Source: Pseudomonadota bacterium (lineage in GTDB: Bacteria; Bdellovibrionota_G; JALEGL01; DATDPG01). From it: a stretch of 22,513 nt of DNA. Position 1 is the stretch's first letter, and each line of letters opens with the position of its first letter. The stretch covers positions 1 to 22,513 of the forward strand of contig JAZDIZ010000002.1 of the NCBI GenBank assembly GCA_043804515.1. Direction: 5' to 3'. Below the pieces are notes generated by a model. The model saw nothing but the letters and a program-made list of their open reading frames with translations. It was not told the origin of the DNA and searched no databases. The position numbers and the translations under genes are program-made. This document shows, piece after piece, positions 8,159-16,496 of the stretch.

Positions 8159-8164
8159 TGTTTC

Positions 8165-10174
8165 ATGTCTTCGAGGTCTCTGCTTCCGCAGACATTGCGG
8201 GAGCGTGCTTGGCATTTTCTATTGGGGCGTCCGCGCGATTTTCACGACCCGTCTCTCGGCCACAAGTTGTCTCTGGCGGCTTTTCTGGCCTGGGTGGGTC
8301 TCGGCGTCGACGGGCTTTCGTCCTCCGCCTACGGACCGGACGAAGCGTATCGCGCGCTGGGGGAATATTCCTATCTGGCCGTCCTACTCGCGGTTGCCAC
8401 GACCTTCACGGTCTTCGTCATTTCGTACGCATACAGTCGCCTGATCGAGCATTTTCCCCACGGCGGAGGCGGATATGTGGTGGCCACACAGCTTCTGGGC
8501 AAACCCGCGGGGGTTGTGTCGGGCTGCGCGCTGCTGGTGGACTACGTGTTCACGATTACCGTCTCCATCGCGGGAGGTGGCGATGCCGTGTTCAGTCTCC
8601 TGCCCATTTCGCTTCAATTCTACAAACTTCCGACGGAATTCCTCGCGATCTTCTTTCTCGTCGTCATGAACCTCCGAGGCGTTAAGGAGTCGGTCAAGGT
8701 TGTCCTGCCGTTCTTTCTCCTCTTCGTGGCCACGCATCTGGTTCTGATTTTGGGGGGAATTTCGGTTCACGTGCGTGAGGTGCCCGCCCTCATCGGGCAG
8801 ACGCACGACAACCTTCGGAGCGGTATCGGGCAGATCGGAACGTGGGGTTTGTTCCTTGTCTTCCTGAGGGCGTATTCGATGGGAGGCGGGACATACACGG
8901 GGATCGAAGCGATTTCCAACGGTGTCGGAACGCTGGAAGAACCGAGGATTCAGACCGGGAGGAGGACCATGCTCTACCTCGCCGCCTCTCTCTCGCTGAC
9001 GGCAGCCGGGCTGTTCATCTGCTATATGCTCTTCGGCGTCCGGCCGGTGGAGGGGCAAACGCTCAACGCGGTTCTGGCGAACGCGTTCGCGGCGAAGTGG
9101 AACCTGTTCGGTCTTCCGGTCGGTTCCGCGTTCGTGGTCATTACGATGTTCTCCGAGAGTGTTCTTCTCCTGATCGCTGCGCAGACCGGCTTCATCGACG
9201 GGCCGCGGGTGATGGCCAACATGGCGCTGGACTCGTGGCTGCCCAAACGTTTCGCGAGCCTTTCCGATCGGCTGACCATTCAGAATGGAATTCATTTGAT
9301 GGGATTGGCCGCCCTGCTGATGCTCATTGTGACCGGCGGACACATCGGAATTCTGGTCGTGATGTACAGCATCAACGTCTTCATCACATTTTCGACTACC
9401 GAGATTTCGATGATTCGATTTTGGATCACGTCTCGAAAGAAGGAGGCGTTTTGGAAGAGAAATCTTCTCATCCATTCCACCGGATTCCTTCTCTGCTTCA
9501 CGATTCTTTGCGTGATGGTGATTGAGAAGTTTGCTCAGGGGGCATGGGCCACCCTTGTTGTGACGGGCGCATGTCTGGCGGTCTGCATCACCATCTGGAA
9601 ACACTACCGGCGAGTGGGGCAACGAATCCAAGAGATTGAAAGACGCGTGGACCTGGTGGGTGAGGCCTTGCCGACAAAAACCGTTCCGGCGTTTGACCCC
9701 GCCCAACCGACGGCGGCCATTCTCGTGGGGGGCTCAAATCGGCTTGGCCTGAGGAGTTTATTGGCAGCCCTTCGTTCCTTCCCTGGATCGTTTCATAACG
9801 TGGTCTTTCTTTCCGTCGGGCAGATCAACTCCGAGTATTTCAGGGAGGGCGCCGTCAGGCAGCTGGAGAATGGGACCGAGACGATGCTGAAAGCTTATGC
9901 TGAAACCGCCAAGAAAATGGGATTCCCGACGAAGTATGCCTTTCGTGTGGGAACGGACGTCGTGCAGGAGGCGTCGGAACTGTGTGTGGAGATCTCGCGG
10001 GAGCTTAGGAACGTCGTCTTTTTCGCGGGGGAGATCGTTTTTCAGAAACCGCGATGGTTTGATCGTTTTCTGCACAATGACACAGCCATTGCGATCCAGC
10101 GCCACATTCGCTATGCCGGCCTGCCTATGGTGATCTTGCCTCTCGTTCTTGGGGATGGCGTGGGTTCTACGTAG
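8165..10174 (+). CDS. kimA: KimA/YdaO-type potassium transporter (APC superfamily)
   Basis: DGLSSSAYG (KimA D..SS.AYG), GGGGY.VA...LG, LLVDY.FTI.VS, NLRGVKES, TGIEAISNGV, many TM segments and a cytoplasmic C-terminal domain. Preceded by the ydaO riboswitch. Confidence 0.9.
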   Translation: MSSRSLLPQTLRERAWHFLLGRPRDFHDPSLGHKLSLAAFLAWVGLGVDGLSSSAYGPDEAYRALGEYSYLAVLLAVATTFTVFVISYAYSRLIEHFPHGGGGYVVATQLLGKPAGVVSGCALLVDYVFTITVSIAGGGDAVFSLLPISLQFYKLPTEFLAIFFLVVMNLRGVKESVKVVLPFFLLFVATHLVLILGGISVHVREVPALIGQTHDNLRSGIGQIGTWGLFLVFLRAYSMGGGTYTGIEAISNGVGTLEEPRIQTGRRTMLYLAASLSLTAAGLFICYMLFGVRPVEGQTLNAVLANAFAAKWNLFGLPVGSAFVVITMFSESVLLLIAAQTGFIDGPRVMANMALDSWLPKRFASLSDRLTIQNGIHLMGLAALLMLIVTGGHIGILVVMYSINVFITFSTTEISMIRFWITSRKKEAFWKRNLLIHSTGFLLCFTILCVMVIEKFAQGAWATLVVTGACLAVCITIWKHYRRVGQRIQEIERRVDLVGEALPTKTVPAFDPAQPTAAILVGGSNRLGLRSLLAALRSFPGSFHNVVFLSVGQINSEYFREGAVRQLENGTETMLKAYAETAKKMGFPTKYAFRVGTDVVQEASELCVEISRELRNVVFFAGEIVFQKPRWFDRFLHNDTAIAIQRHIRYAGLPMVILPLVLGDGVGST

Positions 10175-10221
10175 CTACATTACGACCGCTTTTTCTCAAA
10201 TCGGATGCTCCTTACCGAGAC

Positions 10222-11463
10222 CTAAAATTCGACCAGTCCCAAGGCGAAATAGAGGCGGAATGCGTGGTCTTCGATGCCGTACCCGGCGTCGACGCCCATC
10301 ACGGGGGCGATGATGTCCGCGAGCGATACCCGGAGCCCCCCGCCGATTCCGTTATGGAGATCGTTCCGGCTGATCCCTTGGGTCCCTTGGGCCCCCTGGG
10401 CGTCGTGATAAAGCAGCCCCAGGTCGTGAAAGGCCAGGCCGAACACGGAGAAGTGGGTCTGGCGGAACATGCGGAACAGAAGGTTCTGGCGGGCCAGAAT
10501 CTGCGTGTCCCCGCGGAACTCCCGGTCTTCGTATCCCCGCAGGGAGGAACCCCCCAGCGTGAACTCCCGGTGGAACGGGAGGGGCCCGTCCCCGATCTTC
10601 CCCTCCAGGTCCACGACGTAGTTGAAGTATTTGAACAGCGTCAAGGCATTCGTAAAAGAGACCTCTTCCACGTGGTACAGGAAATCGCTTCCGATCCGGG
10701 ATTCGGAGAATTGCGTGGAAGCCACCAGCTTCCAGCCCTTGAGCAGCGCCTCCCGGCGGCGCAGGGAATCGTAGATGAACGAAAATTGGAGGGAGACGTC
10801 GTTACCCGTGGTCCCGAGCGTCGGGTCGCCGTACCAGACGCGGCTGTAATTGATGCCCAACGCCGTCTGGATCTCGTTGGTCCATTGATAGCCGGGAGTC
10901 ACGGAAAACCCGACGTCCTTCATGCGGATGTTTCCCGCCTGCGTCGACCCGTTAAAAAGAAAAACTTCGTCGGACCGGACCAGGACATAACTCTTGATCG
11001 TGAAATTGGAATCCCACAGGTTCCGTGCGTCCACGCCCAGAACGAATCGGTTCAGCTTATTGCCTCCTTGCGCGACGAAAAGCGTGCTGGTTCCAGGCCA
11101 GAAGAGGTTGGTCTCGGCGAACGCCGCGCCGCCACTGTACCGGCCGCTCCAAGCTTGGAAGATGGGGAAGACGAACCACAACTGCTTCTCGATCACCAAG
11201 ATGCGCAGATCCGTCGTCCCATCGCGATTGTCCACCTTCCTCACCCGAATCTGTTTGAATAGGCCCGAATGCGCAAGACGGTCATCCACGTCGCGGAGTA
11301 GTTGTTCGTTCACAAAGGTCTGGGGCGGCACGCCGATGATCTCCAGGACGGTCTGCCGCTCCGTCTTCTCATTCCCGAAAATTACGATGGAGCGCAGCGG
11401 GCCGTTGGCCCAGCCGGCCGAAGGAACCGAAAGAATCAGGAGAAAAAGGAGAAGTCGCTTCAA
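10222..11463 (-). CDS. Omp85 (BamA/TamA-family) outer-membrane protein with a single POTRA domain
   Basis: Signal peptide. One POTRA (I.I.GN.KT...V...L...GLF..I.V......L.I.V.EK). LGG..LRGY lid motif. C-terminal YFALGLVEF. TTG start. Confidence 0.85.
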   Translation of the reverse strand: MKRLLLFLLILSVPSAGWANGPLRSIVIFGNEKTERQTVLEIIGVPPQTFVNEQLLRDVDDRLAHSGLFKQIRVRKVDNRDGTTDLRILVIEKQLWFVFPIFQAWSGRYSGGAAFAETNLFWPGTSTLFVAQGGNKLNRFVLGVDARNLWDSNFTIKSYVLVRSDEVFLFNGSTQAGNIRMKDVGFSVTPGYQWTNEIQTALGINYSRVWYGDPTLGTTGNDVSLQFSFIYDSLRRREALLKGWKLVASTQFSESRIGSDFLYHVEEVSFTNALTLFKYFNYVVDLEGKIGDGPLPFHREFTLGGSSLRGYEDREFRGDTQILARQNLLFRMFRQTHFSVFGLAFHDLGLLYHDAQGAQGTQGISRNDLHNGIGGGLRVSLADIIAPVMGVDAGYGIEDHAFRLYFALGLVEF

Positions 11464-11581
11464 CGGTTTCTTATTCTGCCAGACTCAATCGGAACCGCGA
11501 TGCAAAATCGTCACGAGCCGTGATATGCCGGAACTCTCCCGTTCATCAGATCGAAACGCGCCCCTTTTCGGTCGGTTCCGA

Positions 11582-12052
11582 TCATGGCTTTCCATGCCTG
11601 CTCCTTTTCTGCTGCTGTCTTAACGCCTCGAACAGGACGATCCCCACGGCGCTGGAAAGGTTGAGGGAGCGCACCGGACCGTCCGTTGGAATCCGGAAAA
11701 ATGATTTGGGAAACCTCCGGCTCAGCGACGGCGGAAGTCCCCGGGTTTCGCTTCCGAACACCAGCACCGCGTTCCGCGGATAGGAGGCCTTCCAATATGA
11801 TCTGCGCGCGAATCGGGAGAAGAAAAAAACGGGACGGCCGGCCAGCGGGGAGCGAAGAAAGTGCCGGACCGAGGCGTGTACCGTGAGGTCCAGTTTGTCC
11901 CAATAGTCGAGACCCGAACGCCGGATCGACTTTTCGGAGAGGTCGAAGCCCAGAGGAGCCACCAAGTGAAGAGGGGTTCGGACGGCCACGCACGTCCGCC
12001 CCACATTGCCCGTATTCCAGGGGATCTCAGGATGCACCAAGACGACGTCCAT
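11582..12052 (-). CDS. trmL: tRNA (cytidine(34)-2'-O)-methyltransferase, SPOUT family
   Basis: MDVVLVHPEIPWNTGNVGRTC, PLGF..SEK..RRSGLDYW, VFGSETRGLP, RSLNLS.AV.I..FEA.RQ. Start is ATG 12052. Confidence 0.93.
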   Translation of the reverse strand: MDVVLVHPEIPWNTGNVGRTCVAVRTPLHLVAPLGFDLSEKSIRRSGLDYWDKLDLTVHASVRHFLRSPLAGRPVFFFSRFARRSYWKASYPRNAVLVFGSETRGLPPSLSRRFPKSFFRIPTDGPVRSLNLSSAVGIVLFEALRQQQKRSRHGKP

Positions 12053-12079
12053 TGCCTTTCCTGATACCCTATCGGCGGC

Positions 12080-12616
12080 ATGACTTTCAAACCGAAAGGC
12101 CGAAAGTTTTTCTGGATCGACATGGAGATGACCGGTCTCGACCCCGAAACTTGCCGCATTCTCGAGGTGGCCGCGGTAGTCACCGACTTGAACCTGAAAC
12201 CCATCGACGAGTTCCATGCGATCGTCCGGCAGCCCAAGCGCTATCTGGACACCATGGACGCGTGGTGCACGCGAACACACGGCAGGAGCGGGCTCACGCG
12301 AGAGGTGGGCAAGGGAAAGCCGCTCAAGGATGTGGAGGCGAGACTCGTTCGTCTGGCCCGAAAGCACTTTCCCAAGGGAAAAATCGTCCTGTGCGGCAAT
12401 TCGGTGAGCCAGGACCGGAAATTTATCGACCGCTATTTGCCCAAATTGGCCCGTCTGCTCCATTACCGGATCATCGACGTGACGTCGTTCAAGGAAGTGT
12501 TCCGATCGAAGTACGGGATGGAGTTGGAGAAGTCCGACGCCCACCGCGCCCGGCAGGACATCTTCGAGTCCATCGCCGAGCTTGCGTATTACCTCAACTT
12601 CATTCGAGTGAAATGA
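12080..12616 (+). CDS. orn: oligoribonuclease
   Basis: WIDMEMTGLDP...ILEVA.VVTD, WC..TH..SGL, LCGNSV.QDR.F, HYR.IDV.S.KE, HRA..DI.ESI.EL.YY. Confidence 0.96.
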   Translation: MTFKPKGRKFFWIDMEMTGLDPETCRILEVAAVVTDLNLKPIDEFHAIVRQPKRYLDTMDAWCTRTHGRSGLTREVGKGKPLKDVEARLVRLARKHFPKGKIVLCGNSVSQDRKFIDRYLPKLARLLHYRIIDVTSFKEVFRSKYGMELEKSDAHRARQDIFESIAELAYYLNFIRVK

Positions 12617-12630
12617 TCGCTATTTGAGCC

Positions 12631-12652
12631 TGACGGCGCGGTCGCGCCGTCA
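12631..12652 (+). terminator. hairpin downstream of orn
   Basis: TGACGGCGC-GGTC-GCGCCGTCA, perfect 9-bp stem 14 nt after the stop. Weak U-tract. Confidence 0.55.
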
Positions 12653-12749
12653 ATTAGGCCCCTATGCAAGAAGTTGCGTCCTCCGCCGACGCACGGCGAA
12701 CCCTCCAAGCGAAACCCATGTAATTCCAGCTAATTAGAACCGCCGCAGT

Positions 12750-12765
12750 TGGTACGGAAAGTGCT
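12750..12765 (+). promoter_or_regulatory. sigma54 (-24/-12) promoter of SBBP paralog B
   Basis: TGGTACG-GAAA-GTGCT with correctly spaced GG/GC. An IHF-like AATTCCAGCTAATTAG lies 12 nt upstream. Confidence 0.65.
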
Positions 12766-12790
12766 CTCTCCGGGGACGAGGTACAAATCC

Positions 12791-14455
12791 GTGGCAAAGA
12801 TTCTCCGGGCGGTCCTTCTCGTCTTCCTTTCGCTGGTTGTTCAGGCTTGTACGGGCTCCGACGAGGATTCCCGCACCGTTTCCTCGGCGTTATTCGAGGC
12901 CAATCCTCGCAACACGCCGACGCCTACGCCGAGTCCGACGCTTGTCCCTCCCGTTGATCCCGGGAACGGCCTGGCTTGGTCGTCCTACCTCGGAAGCAGC
13001 GGCGACGACGAGGTTCTCGGCGTGACCTCAGATTCTTCCGGAAACATCTATGTCGTGGGCAAGACCACCTCCCCGAACTTTCCGACGACGAGCGGTGCCT
13101 GGCAAACCACGCTCCGAGGATCGGAAGATGCATTCGTCGTGAAGTTCACTTCCAGCGGATCGCGGGTTTGGTCCACGCTCCTGGGAGGTGCGGGCCTGGA
13201 CCGAGCTAAAGGCGTAGCCGTGGACGCCACCGGGGTTTACGTCTGCGGCCAAACAAGCTCGAGCGACTTCCCCGTAACGCCTTCGGCATTCCAGCGGAGC
13301 CACGGAGGCGACCTGTGGGACGCCTTTGCCGCCAAAATCTCACCCGACGGGTCGGCGCTCCTTTATGCGACATATCTCGGAGGGAATGCCGCCGATTACG
13401 CCGTGGCCCTGGAGGTGGATTCCGCGGGACAAGCGTTCGTCGCTGGACTCACGGGATCGGGAAACTACCCCATCACCCCCGGCGTGGTCGTGCCGGGTTT
13501 TTCACCCTCGCTTTTTGACGCCAGCGACGGATTCGTTACCAAGCTGAACGCGGCCGGCTCGGCACCGGTCTATTCAACATACATCGGGACGAGCGGCGGA
13601 GTGGACGTGGTCAACGGCTTGACGCTGGATGGCTCGGGACAAGCGGTCGTGGTGGGATGGACGGTTTCGCAAAGCTACCCCACGACGGCCGGGGCGTACG
13701 ACCGGACGTTCACCGGGGCCAGCAACCAGCACGAAGTATTCATTACGAAACTCAACACGACAGGCACGGCGTACGTATTCTCCACATTCCTGGGAGGCAC
13801 GTTGGGGGATGATGCCACGACCGTAGCGCTGGACAGCCAAGGAAAGATACTTGTGGCCGGACGGACGCTTTCGCGGGACTTTCCCGTCACGGCCGGCGCT
13901 TTCGATGTAAGCTTCGACGAGTCACTGGGCAATTACTGGGAGGGTTTCGTCGGCCGGCTTTCCGCCGACGGCTCGGCGCTGGAATATGCCACGTACTTCG
14001 GCGGCAACAACCACGACGAACCTTCGGATCTTCTCGCGCTAGCGGACGGCTCGGTCGCCGTCGTCGGAGGCACTTCTTCGGCCGGATTCCCCGTCACATC
14101 GAACCCGTTCGACGCGGTCTATACTGCGCCGGGTGAAAACTTTCTCATGATCCTGAATCCGGCCGGATCGGGCCTCACGTATTCGACATTTGCGGGCACG
14201 GGCTACAGTAGCGGAGCAGGCTCCGCTTCGCGCCTGGCACCACTGCCAGCCGGAAGAATCGCACTCACCGGCTGGACGGACGGCGTCGGCTTCTCCACCA
14301 CGACCGGCGCTTTCGACAATGTTTACGACGGTGCTGTTGACGGTTTCATTTCCGTCTTCGAGCCGGCGGGAATTCCACCGGCCGATTCATTGTATTTCCC
14401 GGGACAGGGGCCTGTCTCACCGCTGCCTTTCGGCGACCCTCTTCCGGACACTTAA
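12791..14455 (+). CDS. SBBP-repeat (beta-propeller) lipoprotein, paralog B
   Basis: Same repeat units as 3-1520, lipobox VQA-C, TPTPTP linker. Start moved to GTG 12791 because the ORF-track start (12749) lies inside the sigma54 motif. Confidence 0.85.
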   Translation: MAKILRAVLLVFLSLVVQACTGSDEDSRTVSSALFEANPRNTPTPTPSPTLVPPVDPGNGLAWSSYLGSSGDDEVLGVTSDSSGNIYVVGKTTSPNFPTTSGAWQTTLRGSEDAFVVKFTSSGSRVWSTLLGGAGLDRAKGVAVDATGVYVCGQTSSSDFPVTPSAFQRSHGGDLWDAFAAKISPDGSALLYATYLGGNAADYAVALEVDSAGQAFVAGLTGSGNYPITPGVVVPGFSPSLFDASDGFVTKLNAAGSAPVYSTYIGTSGGVDVVNGLTLDGSGQAVVVGWTVSQSYPTTAGAYDRTFTGASNQHEVFITKLNTTGTAYVFSTFLGGTLGDDATTVALDSQGKILVAGRTLSRDFPVTAGAFDVSFDESLGNYWEGFVGRLSADGSALEYATYFGGNNHDEPSDLLALADGSVAVVGGTSSAGFPVTSNPFDAVYTAPGENFLMILNPAGSGLTYSTFAGTGYSSGAGSASRLAPLPAGRIALTGWTDGVGFSTTTGAFDNVYDGAVDGFISVFEPAGIPPADSLYFPGQGPVSPLPFGDPLPDT

Positions 14456-14465
14456 AGCGACGAGC

Positions 14466-14924
14466 CTACTTCGGAAGGTCGGCCAGCAACTCGACCACCG
14501 ACCTCTTGAGAACCGGGTGCACCCAGTTCGGATTCAATTCGGCGAGCGGCTCCAGAACAAAGCGGCGCTCGTGCATCCGCGGATGCGGCACCTCCAAACC
14601 GGGCTCCCGGATCACCTCGTCCGCATAGGCAATGAGATCCAGATCGATTTCGCGCGGCGCCCCCCTCGTCGTCCGCACACGTCCCATCTCCCTTTCGATC
14701 CGAAGAAGTTCCGCCAAGACCTCCGTCGGCGAGAAATCGGTCGCCAGCTCCGCGACCGCGTTAAGGAAATCCGGCTGCGGCCCCGCAACTCCCACCGGTT
14801 TCGTCAATCGAAGCGCGGAGATCCTGCTCACGCGGGCAAACGACTTCATCTCGGCAACCGCGCGCAGGACTTGTTCTTCCCGATCGCCCAGATTGCTTCC
14901 CAAACCCACGTAGACCACCGCCAT
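14466..14924 (-). CDS. folK: 2-amino-4-hydroxy-6-hydroxymethyldihydropteridine diphosphokinase
   Basis: VYVGLGSNLGDR, QPDFLNAV, LL.IE..MGR.R...APR.IDLDL, L.VPHPRM.ER.FVL.PL.E. Start is ATG 14924. Confidence 0.95.
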   Translation of the reverse strand: MAVVYVGLGSNLGDREEQVLRAVAEMKSFARVSRISALRLTKPVGVAGPQPDFLNAVAELATDFSPTEVLAELLRIEREMGRVRTTRGAPREIDLDLIAYADEVIREPGLEVPHPRMHERRFVLEPLAELNPNWVHPVLKRSVVELLADLPK

Positions 14925-14935
14925 TGCCGGATCTT

Positions 14936-15700
14936 TCAGCGCTTCCGCTCGGTCTCGCGCTCCGACGCCAACCAACGGACGAGAATGGACGCCAGCGCGT
15001 TTCCCGCTGTTCTCCTGGCCAGCCTCTGCATTTTCAACGCCGACCGCGCTTCCTGGGGATGCGCTAGAAACCGACCCAAGACCTTCGACCAAACGGCGTT
15101 TCCAAAACGATCCGTGAGATTCCGGAACGATTCCGGGAGCGCTTCGTCGGCCGAGTCCAGAACGGATCGGACCACGGCCCAGGGGACACCGCGTTCGCGG
15201 CACACCTCCCCCCAGCAGGCGCTTTCCATGTCAACGGCTTCCGCCCCCTTGGCCGCAAAGAGCGCGGCTTTTTCCGTAACGGAGGGCACCAGCTCCACGG
15301 AAGTGACCAACGTCCGAAGCAAGGAGCCGCCGGCTTGGGCCGCCAACGACATCCGAAGCCATTCGGTGGGGGTTTCCTCGTCGCGGTCCCGCAGGATCCG
15401 GGTCGGGATCGCCAACGTTCCCGGTCCGGCGGTCTTGACAAGGCCGCCGCAGAAACCGAAACCCACGGCGCAATGAAACGTGTCCGCGGTCCTTGCCAAG
15501 GCCATCTTGAGCCCGTCCCGGGCGGCCTTCGGCCCTATCCCGGTCACGACGCAGACCACGGATGAATCAGGCTCCCGCCAAAGCTTGTAGGGCGAATCGG
15601 AAAATCCCTCCAGGACCGGGGAATCCGACGGATGCAGGGCTTCGGCGAGAATCCGGAACTCGAGATCGGTGGCGCAGATTAAAAGACGCGGTTGGGTCAT
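14936..15700 (-). CDS. nucleoside phosphorylase/hydrolase, PNP-UDP/MTAN family (HpnG-like)
   Basis: TGIGP..A, GFCGGL, EK..L....A.AVDMES, VRSVLD.A...LP. Confidence 0.8.
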   Translation of the reverse strand: MTQPRLLICATDLEFRILAEALHPSDSPVLEGFSDSPYKLWREPDSSVVCVVTGIGPKAARDGLKMALARTADTFHCAVGFGFCGGLVKTAGPGTLAIPTRILRDRDEETPTEWLRMSLAAQAGGSLLRTLVTSVELVPSVTEKAALFAAKGAEAVDMESACWGEVCRERGVPWAVVRSVLDSADEALPESFRNLTDRFGNAVWSKVLGRFLAHPQEARSALKMQRLARRTAGNALASILVRWLASERETERKR

Positions 15701-15770
15701 ATCCGAAAGCGAGGCTCATCCTCTCATTCGGACACCGGAGTGCAAGTGTTTGAGCGTTACGGCCGGACGA

Positions 15771-16490
15771 TCAGCGCACCGTGAGCCGGTACAGATAGAC
15801 CATCCCCAGCGTCAGCGGCCGGATCTCGACCTCGCGGAAGGCGTCGGACGCGCGACATGCCTCGACAAGCTCCCGGCCGGTGTCGAACCGGGCCGTGGAT
15901 GTTTCCAAGTACCGGTACGCACGGCGGTTCCCGGTGAAAACACCCGAGATCCCGGACACGAACCACCGAAAGTAGGCGCTTACCGCAAGGGCTAGGCAGC
16001 GGTTCCCGGGCCGGCCGAATTCCAACACCGTCACCCGCCCTCCGCTGCGCACGACCCGCGCCATCTCCCGAATTGCTCCCGTGATGTCCGGGATGTTCCG
16101 GATCCCGAATGCGATCGCCGCGGCGTCGAAACTCGCCGTCCGGAACGGCAGATTGAGGACGTCGGCCCGCTCGAACCGCACGTGAGAGGCGCGCTTCCGC
16201 GCTTTGCGTCCCGCCACGCCCAGCATTTCCCCGCAAAAATCCACGCCGATGATGCGGCTTTGCGGGCCCAGCTCCCGCTCGAACGCGAACGCCAAATCCC
16301 CCGTACCGGTGGCGCAGTCCAGAATGCGGTCGCCGGGTCGCGCGCCGCTGTACCGCACCAGAGCGCGCCGCCATCGCCGGTGGATCCCGAACGAGTTGAT
16401 CGAGTTGAATGCGTCGTACCGCCGGGACACCGCCGCGAACATCCGTCGGATCTCCTCCGGGCGTGCCGCTGTCGCGTTCGGAACCGGCAT
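15771..16490 (-). CDS. menG: demethylmenaquinone / ubiquinone C-methyltransferase
   Basis: MF..V..RYD..N...SFG.HR.WR, ILD.ATGTGDLA, LPF...SFD...IAFGIRN, EM.RV...GG...LEF, AY.YL..S (UbiE/MenG family). Confidence 0.92.
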   Translation of the reverse strand: MPVPNATAARPEEIRRMFAAVSRRYDAFNSINSFGIHRRWRRALVRYSGARPGDRILDCATGTGDLAFAFERELGPQSRIIGVDFCGEMLGVAGRKARKRASHVRFERADVLNLPFRTASFDAAAIAFGIRNIPDITGAIREMARVVRSGGRVTVLEFGRPGNRCLALAVSAYFRWFVSGISGVFTGNRRAYRYLETSTARFDTGRELVEACRASDAFREVEIRPLTLGMVYLYRLTVR

Positions 16491-16496
16491 CGGCCT

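Noticed and set aside
10375..10401. Three imperfect 9-nt tandem units (AQG-AQG-TQG) in the Omp85 gene
   Set aside because: Short in-frame loop duplication, too small to imply phase variation.
11582..12544. 320-aa ORF suggesting an N-terminally extended or fused TrmL
   Set aside because: The extra 164 aa are the antisense frame of orn. TrmL homology starts at ATG 12052.
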